Assembly: GCA_016219905.1 (NCBI GenBank)
Contig: JACRKA010000351.1
Span: forward strand, 2,622-66,621
DNA length: 64,000 nt
From: Verrucomicrobiota bacterium
GTDB taxonomy: Bacteria; Verrucomicrobiota; Verrucomicrobiia; CAIQCK01
Direction: 5' to 3'
The notes beneath the pieces are model-generated. The model was not told the DNA's origin and made no database searches. It saw nothing but the letters and a program-made list of their open reading frames with translations. The translations under genes and the position numbers were made by a program. Positions 1-9,360 of this stretch are shown here, one piece after another; position 1 is the stretch's first letter, and every line of letters starts with the position of its first letter.

Positions 1-1633
1 CTGCCACGCGCTCAGCGGCGATTCGCACGTGGCGCAGCATGACGCGGCGGACGATCCGGGTTGGTGGGACGCGGTGGTGGGGCCGGGCAAGGCGATGGAT
101 ACGGACAAGTATTTCGTCGTCTGCCCGAACATGCTCGGCGGCTGCCGTGGCACCACCGGGCCGAACTCGACCAATCCGGCCACCGGCAAGCCGTATGGCG
201 CGGATTTCCCGAACATCACCACCGGCGACATCGTGGACGTGCAGCGGCGGCTGGCGGACCATCTTGGCATTGAGCAATGGCTCGCGATCGCCGGCGGCTC
301 GATGGGCGGCCACCAATCGCTGGTCTGGGCGACGCGTTACCCGGAGCGTGTGCGCGGGGCGATCCCACTGGCGACCTCGCCGCGGCTGACGTCGCAGGCG
401 CTGGCGTTCGACGTGGTCGGGCGCAACGCCATTTTCCGCGACCCGCACTATCACGGCGGGCAGTATTACGACAAGAGCTGCGGCCCGCACGTCGGCCTGG
501 CGCTCGCGCGGATGCTGGGCCACATCACCTATCTTTCGCCGCAGGCGATGCAGGAGAAGTTCGCTGCCACGAAACTTCGTCCGCGCGACGTGGCCACGGA
601 GTTCGAGAAGAAGTTCTCGGTCGGCTCCTATCTCGCCTACCAAGGGGACAAGTTTGTGGAGCGGTTCGACGCGAATAGCTACATCACGCTCTCGATGGCG
701 ATGGACCTGTTCGACCTCGGCGCGACGCCGGGCGAGCTGGCCGACCGGCTCGCCAAGAGCCAGTGCCGCTGGCTGATCATCAGCTTCACGAGCGACTGGT
801 TGTTTCCGCCGGAACACGCGCGCGAGATCGTGGACACACTGATCGCGCTGGGCCGGCCGGTGAGCTACTGCAACGTCCGCAGCGACTGCGGCCACGACGC
901 GTTCCTGCTGGAGGACGAACTGCCGATCTACGGCGGCATGATCAGCGGGTTCCTGGAGAACCTGCGCGGTGAAGGCCCGGCAACACAGGTGCCGGCCGAA
1001 CTGGACGGACTGGACCGTTACCGGCCCCAGAGCATCTTCAGCACGCGCCGGCTCGACCACGACCGCATCGTGGAGCTGATCCCGCCGCAGGCGAGCGTGC
1101 TGGACATCGGATGCGGCGGCGGCCCGGTGTTGAGCCGGCTGCGGCAAACGAGCCGCGCGCGGCTGATGGGTTTGGAACTGGACGAGCAGGCGCTGCTGGC
1201 GTGTGTGCGGCGCGGGCTGGACGTGGTGCAGGTGGACGTGAACAAGGGGCTGCGGATTTTCGCCGACGGCCAGTTCGACGTGGTGGTGCTCTCGCTGACG
1301 TTGCAGAGCATCCGCAACGTCGAGCGCGTCATCGCCGACATGCTGCGCGTGGGCCGCAAGGCCATCGTGAGTTTCCCGAACTTCGGCTACCACAAGCTGC
1401 GCGCGACGCTGGCCAACGAAGGGCGCGCTCCGGAGCCGTTCAACTGGATGGGCTTCCGCTGGTATAACACGCCGGCGATCCGCTTCCTGACCATCGCGGA
1501 CTTCGAGGAGTTCTGCCGGGAGCGGAACTTCATGGTTCACCAGCGCGTGGCGTTGAACACCGAGGAAGGCCGCGAGGTCGCCGACGACGCCAACCGCCAT
1601 GCTGACATGGCGATCTTCGTGCTCAGCCTGTAG
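1..1633 (+). CDS. metX: Homoserine O-acetyltransferase (MetX) fused in one frame to the methionine biosynthesis protein MetW (methyltransferase-like). The 5' end is truncated by the window edge.
   Basis: The frame is open from nt 2. The N-terminal half has the alpha/beta-hydrolase MetX signature (GGSMGGHQSLVWA; DHPGWWD upstream of the annotated Met). The C-terminal roughly 200 aa has the MetW-type SAM-methyltransferase glycine motif (VLDIGCGGGPVLSRL). There is no stop between the two domains. Confidence 0.85.
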   Translation, partial: CHALSGDSHVAQHDAADDPGWWDAVVGPGKAMDTDKYFVVCPNMLGGCRGTTGPNSTNPATGKPYGADFPNITTGDIVDVQRRLADHLGIEQWLAIAGGSMGGHQSLVWATRYPERVRGAIPLATSPRLTSQALAFDVVGRNAIFRDPHYHGGQYYDKSCGPHVGLALARMLGHITYLSPQAMQEKFAATKLRPRDVATEFEKKFSVGSYLAYQGDKFVERFDANSYITLSMAMDLFDLGATPGELADRLAKSQCRWLIISFTSDWLFPPEHAREIVDTLIALGRPVSYCNVRSDCGHDAFLLEDELPIYGGMISGFLENLRGEGPATQVPAELDGLDRYRPQSIFSTRRLDHDRIVELIPPQASVLDIGCGGGPVLSRLRQTSRARLMGLELDEQALLACVRRGLDVVQVDVNKGLRIFADGQFDVVVLSLTLQSIRNVERVIADMLRVGRKAIVSFPNFGYHKLRATLANEGRAPEPFNWMGFRWYNTPAIRFLTIADFEEFCRERNFMVHQRVALNTEEGREVADDANRHADMAIFVLSL

Positions 1634-1696
1634 CGGGAGCCGGGAGGCTGCCGATGGCGCGGCGTTCGATGAATGGCGGAACGCTCACGCGTTCCG

Positions 1697-3754
1697 CTAC
1701 CGTCGCTCGCCCCGCGCCGGTGGCGACGCTTCTTCGGGCCATCGTTTGCGGTCGGCGACCAGCACCATGTTCACGCCTTCGAGGCGCGTGCCTTCCTTGA
1801 GCGGGAAGTCCTTCGGGAAGTTCAGGAACCGGATGATGGGCGACCAGTCCACCCATTCGCCCAGCATGACCTCCGAGAGGAAGCGGCGGTTGAGGGTGAT
1901 CGGCGTGAGCATGAACGCCGAGATGTGCTGGTAAAGGTCGTTGATCTTGTAGAACTCCTCCGGTTTCTCCGTGATCCAGATGCAACGGCGGTCGCCATAC
2001 CACGCCACGGCCCACGGCTGGTCGCTGACCATGAACTCGGTCGGCGTCAGGTAGCCGGCGGCTTGCGCGATCTTCGGCGGGTAGTAGGGCGGATACGCAT
2101 ACTTGTCGGGCGCAGGCCCAAACAGCCGCATCATCAGCGGCAGCGCCGCCAGCAGGACCACCACCACGATCACGCACGTGCGCCAGAGGGCCGCGTGGAG
2201 TTGCAGCCGATCCAGCAGCACGAAGAACATCGCCGTGCCATACATCGTCACCAGCGGGGCGAGCAGCACCAGGAGGTTGCCCGCCTGCGCCAGCGAGCCG
2301 TCGGGCCGCGCGTCCATGCCCGCCACGCACGTCACGATGAACAACACCACGCCGGACCAGAACATGGCCCATTTGAAGCGGTTGACCTGCAGGCGGCGGA
2401 ACTTGTAGAGCAGCGCCGTCACGCACAACGCCGCCGCCAGCGTCGAGCCGAACACCCAGCCGCCGTCGGCGCACAACGATTGGGCGTTGGCAGCGGCCTT
2501 GTGCCAGAGGTGTCTCATGGCCACGGCATTCAGGTTCGGCGACAACTGCCGCTCCAGCGTGTCGCCGCGCAGCGGGCTGGTCTGCAATTGATAAGTGTAT
2601 TGCGCCGTGCCGAGCAGATTGCTGTTGACCCAGACGTTGCGCAGGATCCACGGCGAGACCACCGCCAGGAACACGACGGCCATGCCCAACGCCATCCATC
2701 GGCCGCGCGACCAGCCCCACATCCGCCAGCCGAGGATGCACAGCGGCAACAGCAGCCAACCGGCGGCGTATTTCGTCAGGAACGCCAGCGCCACGAAGAA
2801 AGCCGCCAGCAAGCCCAGCAACACCGCCACGACCGGCCGCCGCTCCTGCACCCGCAAATCCTGCGCCACCACCAGACACTGCCACATCAGCCCCGCCCAC
2901 AACATCAGCAGCATCACGTTGAGGCCGGAGATCGCATACTGGCAGATCGTGTCCGACAACACGAACAAGCACGCCGCCATCACCCCCACGCCGCGGTCGA
3001 ACAACCGCCGCGCGATCAGATACGTCAGCCAGCCGTTGGCCAGCGTCAACGGCACGCCCAGCCCATACACAATCCACATGTCCGGGCCGTAAACCGTGAA
3101 CGCCTCCAACGGCCCGACCTCAAACGCCGTCTTCGGCGTCCACGACAGGCCGAAGAGAACCAGACAGACCGCAATACCCGTCCCGTGCCAGGCCACCTCG
3201 CCGCGTTTGAGCCGCAACCGCCACGCCCGGCTCACCAACCACGAAACCCACGCCAGCACGCCACCGCCCCACACCCACTTCCACAGGCCCCACGATACGA
3301 CCCGCTTCACCACCTGGCTGGTCGTCACCGGCGCGTCCGGTTTCGGCGGCGACGCGTCCGGCGCCGCCATGTCGCCCTTCTGCACCAGATACAACAGTCC
3401 GCCGACCAGCGCCGGATACAACGGCGGATTCGCCAGGTCCGGATGGTTCTTCAACATCGGGTCGCGCCACCGGCTGCGCTCATTGAGCCGCCAGATGCTC
3501 ATCGGCCGGATGAACCGCGTCGTGTAGCCCTCGCCCCGCACCAGGTTGCGCCCCAACTGCGCCTGGTCCATCGCCTCGCGCTGGTTCAGGCCGCGGAACT
3601 GGCTGCCGCCCATGTTCACGCCCATCAATGCCAGGTTGCCCGCATAAAACAACAGCAGCGCCCCGGCACAGACCGTCAACAGCAACGCGCGCAGCCCGCG
3701 CTGCCCGACCCCGATGTCGAAAAAATGCACCGTGTCCTGGATCGTGGCGGTCAC
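1697..3754 (-). CDS. GT-C family membrane glycosyltransferase (ArnT/PMT-like, GT83/GT39 type). The start is uncertain: GTG at about 3754 or 3730, or ATG at 3625.
   Basis: More than 10 predicted TM helices. The N-terminal periplasmic loop resembles the ArnT/PMT DE..Y..R and FEKPPL region (MDQAQLGRNLVRGEGYTT; HPDLANPPLYPAL). The ORF-track N-terminus upstream of about 3808 overlaps the response regulator gene, so the real start must be downstream of the regulator stop. Confidence 0.6.
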   Translation of the reverse strand: MTATIQDTVHFFDIGVGQRGLRALLLTVCAGALLLFYAGNLALMGVNMGGSQFRGLNQREAMDQAQLGRNLVRGEGYTTRFIRPMSIWRLNERSRWRDPMLKNHPDLANPPLYPALVGGLLYLVQKGDMAAPDASPPKPDAPVTTSQVVKRVVSWGLWKWVWGGGVLAWVSWLVSRAWRLRLKRGEVAWHGTGIAVCLVLFGLSWTPKTAFEVGPLEAFTVYGPDMWIVYGLGVPLTLANGWLTYLIARRLFDRGVGVMAACLFVLSDTICQYAISGLNVMLLMLWAGLMWQCLVVAQDLRVQERRPVVAVLLGLLAAFFVALAFLTKYAAGWLLLPLCILGWRMWGWSRGRWMALGMAVVFLAVVSPWILRNVWVNSNLLGTAQYTYQLQTSPLRGDTLERQLSPNLNAVAMRHLWHKAAANAQSLCADGGWVFGSTLAAALCVTALLYKFRRLQVNRFKWAMFWSGVVLFIVTCVAGMDARPDGSLAQAGNLLVLLAPLVTMYGTAMFFVLLDRLQLHAALWRTCVIVVVVLLAALPLMMRLFGPAPDKYAYPPYYPPKIAQAAGYLTPTEFMVSDQPWAVAWYGDRRCIWITEKPEEFYKINDLYQHISAFMLTPITLNRRFLSEVMLGEWVDWSPIIRFLNFPKDFPLKEGTRLEGVNMVLVADRKRWPEEASPPARGERR

Positions 3755-3807
3755 CGACTGCGGCGTCGGGGGTCGCGGTTCCAAAGGAGGAGGTTCAGCG
3801 GGAGTGC

Positions 3808-5205
3808 TCACAGGTCTTCGAGGTTGAATTCGTGGATCTTGCGGTGCAGCGTGCGCCGGCTCACGCCGAGCCGTTTGGCCGCCTCGGTGCGGTTGCCCTC
3901 GCAAGCCCTGAGCGCGTTGATGAACATCTGCCGCTCCACTTCGTGCAAGGGCAGCACGCCCTTTGCGATCTGCTCCGGCGACAGCATGCCTTGCTCGCGC
4001 GCCGCCTCCGTGCCGGCCCGCACCGCCGGCGGCAGGTCCTTCAGCGTGATCTTGTCGCCGCGCGCCAGCACCACCGCGCGCTCGATGGCCGTGCGCAACT
4101 CGCGCACGTTGCCGGGCCACTGGTAAAACAACAGCGCGTTCATCGCCTCCGGCGTGATCTCCGTGATCGGCTTGTTGTTCTCCCGCGCGAACTCCGTCAG
4201 GCACGCCTTCGCCAGCAGCACCACGTCGTCGCCCCGCTCGCGCAGCGGCGGCATCGTCACCGTCACCACCTGCAAACGGTAGAACAAATCGTCGCGGAAC
4301 TTCCCCGCCTTCACCAGCTCGTCGAGGTTCTTGTTCGTCGCGGCCACCAGCCGCACGTCCACGTCGAGGGTCTTGTTCCCGCCGACGCGCTCGAATTGCC
4401 GTTCGCCGAGCACCCGCAGGATCTTCACCTGCACCGACGGGTCAATCTCGCCGATCTCGTCCAAGAAGATCGTGCCGCCGTCGGCCTCCTCGAACCGCCC
4501 GATCCGCCGCTCCAGCGCGCCGGTGAACGCGCCCTTCTCGTGGCCGAACAGCTCGCTCTCCAGCAGGCTCAGCGACAGCGCCGCGCAGTGGACCGCGACG
4601 AAGCGGCTGGCGCGGCGCGGGCTGAGCTGGTGGACGGCGTGCGCCACCAGTTCCTTGCCGGTGCCGCTCTCGCCCTGGATCAACACCGTCGCCCGCGTCG
4701 GCGCCACCTGACGCACCGTGTCGAGCACCTCCACCATCGGCGCCGACTGGCCGATGATGTTCTCCAGGCCGAACCGTTTGTCGAGTTGCTGCCGCAGCGC
4801 GACGTTTTCACTTTCGAGCCGCCGGCTCTTCAGCGCGCGGGCCAGCACCAACTCCAGCCGTTCCAGGTCCACCGGCTTGGTCAGGTAATCGTAAGCGCCG
4901 CGACGCATCGCCTCCACCGCGTTCTCCACCGTGCCGTAGGCCGTCATCATGATGCACAACGGCGGGCGCGGCAGTGCCTGCGCGCGCTGGATCAACTGCA
5001 ACCCGTCCATGCCCGGCATCCGCAGGTCCGCCAGCACGACATCGAAGCTCTCCGTCTCCAGCAGCCGCATCGCCGTCGCGCCGTCCTCCGCCAGCGTCAC
5101 GGCGTAGTCGCCATCGAGCGCGCGGCTCAATCCCTCGCGCGTGTGGCGTTCGTCGTCCACGACCAGCACGGGCGGCAGCGGGGGTTTGGCAACGGGGGCG
5201 CTCAT
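3808..5205 (-). CDS. Sigma-54-dependent response regulator (NtrC family): receiver domain, AAA+ sigma54-interaction domain and Fis-type HTH.
   Basis: Receiver aspartate region (VLADLRMPGMDG). Walker A GESGTGKE. ESELFGHEKGAFTGA (GAFTGA motif). C-terminal HTH (AAKRLGVSRRTLHRK). Confidence 0.93.
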   Translation of the reverse strand: MSAPVAKPPLPPVLVVDDERHTREGLSRALDGDYAVTLAEDGATAMRLLETESFDVVLADLRMPGMDGLQLIQRAQALPRPPLCIMMTAYGTVENAVEAMRRGAYDYLTKPVDLERLELVLARALKSRRLESENVALRQQLDKRFGLENIIGQSAPMVEVLDTVRQVAPTRATVLIQGESGTGKELVAHAVHQLSPRRASRFVAVHCAALSLSLLESELFGHEKGAFTGALERRIGRFEEADGGTIFLDEIGEIDPSVQVKILRVLGERQFERVGGNKTLDVDVRLVAATNKNLDELVKAGKFRDDLFYRLQVVTVTMPPLRERGDDVVLLAKACLTEFARENNKPITEITPEAMNALLFYQWPGNVRELRTAIERAVVLARGDKITLKDLPPAVRAGTEAAREQGMLSPEQIAKGVLPLHEVERQMFINALRACEGNRTEAAKRLGVSRRTLHRKIHEFNLEDL

Positions 5206-5206
5206 G

Positions 5207-6388
5207 TCAATTGCGCGCGGCCAGCTCCAGCCGCCGTGACGGGGCTTGCGCCGCCTCCAGCACGCGCACGCGCTTCTCTCGAACCGGAAGCCGCACGCGG
5301 AAGACGGTCCCCTTGCCCACCGCGCTGTCCACGTCCAACGCGCCGCCGTGTTCCTGCACGATGCGGCGGACGATCATCAGGCCCAGACCGGAACCGTCCG
5401 GCTTGGTGCTGCGATAGGGGTCGAAGATCCGCCCGATCTGGTCCGGCGGAATCCCCGCGCCCGTGTCCGCGACGCTGATGACGACATGGTTGCCGGCCGC
5501 CTCGGTGGCCACGGTGAGCTTGCCGCCGCGCGGCATCGCTTCGAGGGCGTTCTTGATGAGGTTGAAGAACACCTGCTTCATCTGGTCGTGGTCGAGCCAG
5601 ACGCGCGGCAGGCCGCGGGCCAGCTCCGCCTCCACCGCGACGCCGGCGTTGGCGATCTCGCCGCTCATGAACTCCAGCGTCTCCCCGACCACGGCGTTGA
5701 CCGGCTGCAGCTCCATGTGCACCGGCGTCGGCCGGACCGCCTCCAGGAACTGCGTGATGATCTTGTCGAGCCGCGCCACCTCGGCCTTGGCGACGCGGAG
5801 CGACTCCTGCGTCGAGGCGCGCGGGGCCTCCGGCAGCCGGCGCAGTTCGCGCTCCAGCAGTTGGAGGTGGATGTGGAGCGAGTTGAGCGGGTTGCCGATC
5901 TCGTGCGCGACGCCCGCCGCCAGCAGCGTCATCGCCTCGACGCGCTTGCTCTCGAGGGTCTCGGCGGCCTGTTTGCGCGATTCGGTCACGTCGCGCAGGA
6001 TGAGCACCGCGCCCGCCCCGCCGCCGCCGGCCAGCGGCACGGCGTAGAGGTGCAGGTAACGCTGCCGCGGATAGAAGACCTCCAGTTCGCGGCTGAACGC
6101 GCGCGGCCGGCTCGCGCCGTCGGCGTCCCATTTCAGGTCCGGCAGGTAGCGGCCCAGCGGCAGCCCGAGCGCCGTGTCGCGCGGCACGCCGAGCAGCTCC
6201 GTGGCGGCCTGGTTGAGGTAGCTGATGCGGCCTTCGTCGTTGGTGACGATGACGCCCTCGTGGAGCGAGTTGAAGACCGCCTCCAGGAACCCGTGCTCCC
6301 GCGCGAGCTGGCTGAAGTAGCCCTGCACGCTCTCCGCGTCGAGCCAGTTGAGCTTGCCGAGCAGCTTCTGGTGGAACTTCTGCTTCAT
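5207..6388 (-). CDS. PAS-domain sensor histidine kinase.
   Basis: PAS region (EGVIVTNDEGRISYLNQAATELLG). H-box HEIGNPLNSL. HATPase_c G-boxes (DTGAGIPPD, GSGLGL). Its stop is 2 nt from the response-regulator start. Confidence 0.9.
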   Translation of the reverse strand: MKQKFHQKLLGKLNWLDAESVQGYFSQLAREHGFLEAVFNSLHEGVIVTNDEGRISYLNQAATELLGVPRDTALGLPLGRYLPDLKWDADGASRPRAFSRELEVFYPRQRYLHLYAVPLAGGGGAGAVLILRDVTESRKQAAETLESKRVEAMTLLAAGVAHEIGNPLNSLHIHLQLLERELRRLPEAPRASTQESLRVAKAEVARLDKIITQFLEAVRPTPVHMELQPVNAVVGETLEFMSGEIANAGVAVEAELARGLPRVWLDHDQMKQVFFNLIKNALEAMPRGGKLTVATEAAGNHVVISVADTGAGIPPDQIGRIFDPYRSTKPDGSGLGLMIVRRIVQEHGGALDVDSAVGKGTVFRVRLPVREKRVRVLEAAQAPSRRLELAARN

Positions 6389-6389
6389 C

Positions 6390-7373
6390 CTAGAACCAGT
6401 TCTTGCGCTTGAGCCAGATCAGCAAGCCGAACGTCGTGCCCAACATCAGCAGCCACGCCCACAGATAGCCGTAGGCCCACTGGAATTCCGGAATCTTCAG
6501 GTTCATCCCGTAGATGGAAGCGATGACCAGCGGCGGCAACGAGATGGCGTTGAGGATCGTCAGCACCTTGACCACCTCGTTGGTCTGGTTGGCGGAATGG
6601 CTGAGATAGACCTGCAACGTGTTGGTCAGATGATCGGTGTAAGCGTCCGTCGTGTAACCGATGCGGACCAGCGCGTCATGCACGTCGCGGAAATACGGCA
6701 ACAGGTGCGCGCGGATGATCTTGAACTCCCCGCGCGCCAGCCGGCCGATGACCTCGCGTTGCGGGCCGACGGTCTGCCGGAACAGCGTCACCTGCCTCCG
6801 GATCGCCTGGATGTGGTTCAACGTCGCCCGCGTCGGCTGGCTGAACACCTGGTCCTGCAACGCCGCGATCTGCCCCGCCAGCGCGTCCACCGCCGGCTGA
6901 TAGCTCTCCACCAGGAAATCCACGATCGTGTGCAGCAGCCGGTCCGCCCCGCGCGGCCCGGTCTTCACGCAACGATCAAACGCCTGCGCGATCGCCTTCA
7001 TCGGCTGCTCGTGCCACGTCACCAGGAAGTTCTTGCCGATGAACGCATCCAACTCCGGCGTCTGCACCGTCTCGTCCTGCGGCGAATACTCCACGCCATG
7101 CACCACCAGGAACGTGCAGACCCGCCACGGTTCCACGTCCTCATAAGGCTCGATCTTCGGCGTGCTGATCGCCTCATGGCAGTCATTGATCGCCAGCGGA
7201 TGGAAGTTGAACAGGTTTTCGCCGAGGACATTGTGCGCCTCCTCCTCGGTGGCGTTCTCGAGGTCCACCCAGATCAACTTGTGGTTCTCGGCAAGATAAG
7301 TGCGCAACTGGTCCAGCGAGGCATCGCGCCCGATGAACTTTCCCTGATCGTCGAAGATTAAGCTATGGACCAT
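6390..7373 (-). CDS. corA: CorA family magnesium/cobalt transporter.
   Basis: C-terminal two TM helices with the YGMNLK signature (GMN motif), and a typical CorA cytoplasmic domain. The stop lies 2 nt upstream of the histidine kinase start. Confidence 0.9.
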   Translation of the reverse strand: MVHSLIFDDQGKFIGRDASLDQLRTYLAENHKLIWVDLENATEEEAHNVLGENLFNFHPLAINDCHEAISTPKIEPYEDVEPWRVCTFLVVHGVEYSPQDETVQTPELDAFIGKNFLVTWHEQPMKAIAQAFDRCVKTGPRGADRLLHTIVDFLVESYQPAVDALAGQIAALQDQVFSQPTRATLNHIQAIRRQVTLFRQTVGPQREVIGRLARGEFKIIRAHLLPYFRDVHDALVRIGYTTDAYTDHLTNTLQVYLSHSANQTNEVVKVLTILNAISLPPLVIASIYGMNLKIPEFQWAYGYLWAWLLMLGTTFGLLIWLKRKNWF

Positions 7374-7618
7374 AGGAACAACTCGTCACACCGCCCGTCG
7401 CGCACCACCGCCGGCTGCCCTGTGGCAAACCTGCACACACCCAGCCACGCACCACCCGCAACGGAAAAAACGCGGATTTTGCCACGCGCAGATTAGCACA
7501 CTCCACTCGCCGCCAGCAAGCGCGGTTTCAGCGGCTCACAGAATGCAAGTCGTCCGGCAGGCAGGCCCATCACTCGCCCGCCTCACCGCTCCGCCGCTCA
7601 ACCATTCCCTCGTTTCAA

Positions 7619-9259
7619 TCACTCCATCGCCTTCAACAGGTCGTCCTTCGGCATGCGCAGGACGAAGGACTGGAAGCTCTCGCCGGCGTTGCGCCGGGCC
7701 TGATACACATCGAGCAGCTTCGTGATGGCAGCCGGCAGGGCGTTCGCGGGGATTTTTCCTTTCAGCAGCTTGTTGAACGCGCGGTTCCTGCCAAGCTGGT
7801 CGCCGGTGAAGAGGTCGAACGCCTCGACCTGTTTGCCGTCCACGCGCGTCAGCGCGCCGCGCAGGCCGATGTCGGCGATCCAGCTCTGGCCGCAGTTGTT
7901 CGGGCAGCCGCTGAAATGGATGCGGATCTTGTCGCTGTAGCCGGGCCGCGCCTTTTCCAGTTGCTCGACGAGCCACATGGCGCGGTTCTTGGTCTCGGCG
8001 ACGGCGAGTTTGCAGAACTCGATGCCGGTGCACGACACGCAGCCGCGGCGGAAGCTCGACGCCTCCCAGACCAGCCCGCGCGCGGTCAGTTCTTTCAGCA
8101 GCGCATCGAGGCTGGCCTTTGGGATGTTCGGGATGAGGATGTTTTGCTTGTTGGTGTTGCGGATCTCTCCGCTGCCGAACTTTTCCGACAGCTCCGTGAT
8201 GGCCAGCAGATGCCCGGTCGAAATCCGGCCGCCGAGGCACGAGATGCCGACGTAGTAAAGGCCGGCTTGTTTCTGCTCGTGGACGCCGAAGTGGTCGCTC
8301 TCCGGGTCCTCCGGCTCGTCGTAGTCCGCGGCGCTGAACGGCTCCAGCTTGCGGCCCAGGCGCTTCTCCAACTCGGCGGCGAACCGTTCCGCGCCCCAAT
8401 CCGCCACCAGGAACTTCAAGCGCGCCACGCGCCGGCCGGCGTCGCGGTAGCCTTCGTCGCGGTAGAGGGCGGCGATGTGGTGGACGACCTCGATCAATTC
8501 TGATTTCACCGGCGGGATGAAGACCGGCAGCAGTTGGGCCATGTGCGGCGCGGTGGAGAGGCCGCCGCCGACCTTGATGCCGAAGCCGGCCTGGCCGTTG
8601 CTCTTGCGCCGGAGGGCGAAGATGCCGACGCAGTTGATGTCGGGCTGGGCGCAATGGATATGGCAGCCGCTGACGGAGAACTTGAACTTGCGCGGCAGGT
8701 TGGAGAACTCGCGGTTGTGCGTGAGATGGTCGTCAACGGCGCGGGTGAACCCGGTGGCGTCGAGGATTTCGTCGCGGTCCAGGCCGGCCGCGGGGCAGCC
8801 GACGACGTTGCGGGTGATGTCGCCGCATGCGCCGGAGGTGGTCATGCCGACGGAGGCCAGCCGGGCGAAGATGTCCGGGAGCTGCTCCACGCGCAGCCAG
8901 TGCATCTGATAGGTCTGGCGCGTGGTCACATCGAGGAAGCCGCGGCCGTAGTCGTTGGCGATGCCGGCGATGACGCGCGCCTGCGCGGAGGTGACCTGGC
9001 CGGCGGGGACCTTCAGGCGCATCATGAAATAGCCCTCGGACTCGGGCCGCTGGGTGTAAACGCCATACCACTTGAACAGCTTCAGGTCGTCGGGCGTGAT
9101 CGCCTCGAAGCCCATCTTCGCGTAGCGGAAGATGTCGTGGACGATGTCGAGGCCATCCTTGGCGAGCTTGATCTGCTCGAAGGGGTCGGGCTTGACGCCG
9201 CCGACGGCCGCGTTGGCCTTGGCGGCGGCGAAATTGACGTGCGGTTTTGGCTCTGGCAT
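7619..9259 (-). CDS. Ferredoxin-dependent sulfite/nitrite reductase (siroheme plus [4Fe-4S]; NirA/Sir family).
   Basis: Two nitrite/sulfite reductase ferredoxin-like half-domains. Cys cluster CVSCTGIEFCKLAVAETK...SGCPNNCGQ, typical of siroheme-[4Fe-4S] coupling. Confidence 0.85.
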   Translation of the reverse strand: MPEPKPHVNFAAAKANAAVGGVKPDPFEQIKLAKDGLDIVHDIFRYAKMGFEAITPDDLKLFKWYGVYTQRPESEGYFMMRLKVPAGQVTSAQARVIAGIANDYGRGFLDVTTRQTYQMHWLRVEQLPDIFARLASVGMTTSGACGDITRNVVGCPAAGLDRDEILDATGFTRAVDDHLTHNREFSNLPRKFKFSVSGCHIHCAQPDINCVGIFALRRKSNGQAGFGIKVGGGLSTAPHMAQLLPVFIPPVKSELIEVVHHIAALYRDEGYRDAGRRVARLKFLVADWGAERFAAELEKRLGRKLEPFSAADYDEPEDPESDHFGVHEQKQAGLYYVGISCLGGRISTGHLLAITELSEKFGSGEIRNTNKQNILIPNIPKASLDALLKELTARGLVWEASSFRRGCVSCTGIEFCKLAVAETKNRAMWLVEQLEKARPGYSDKIRIHFSGCPNNCGQSWIADIGLRGALTRVDGKQVEAFDLFTGDQLGRNRAFNKLLKGKIPANALPAAITKLLDVYQARRNAGESFQSFVLRMPKDDLLKAME

Positions 9260-9360
9260 AGGGCCGCGAACTATAGCCGGGCCGCGTGGTTTTGCAACCG
9301 CGCGGGCGCGCCATAGTTTTGCTTGCCAGCACCGGCGGCGACATCTACCAGTAAGCAGGC

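Noticed and set aside
1623-4126. Long overlapping ORFs (817 aa on plus, 484 aa on minus) across the glycosyltransferase locus.
   Set aside because: Arg/His/Gln-rich low-complexity translations. They overlap the TM-rich GT-C gene, which has a coherent membrane topology and family motifs. High-GC artefacts.
7374-7618. Sigma54 promoter upstream of corA (the TGGCAaaccTGCA string near 7419).
   Set aside because: It is on the wrong strand for corA, and the GG-to-GC spacing does not fit the -24/-12 consensus.
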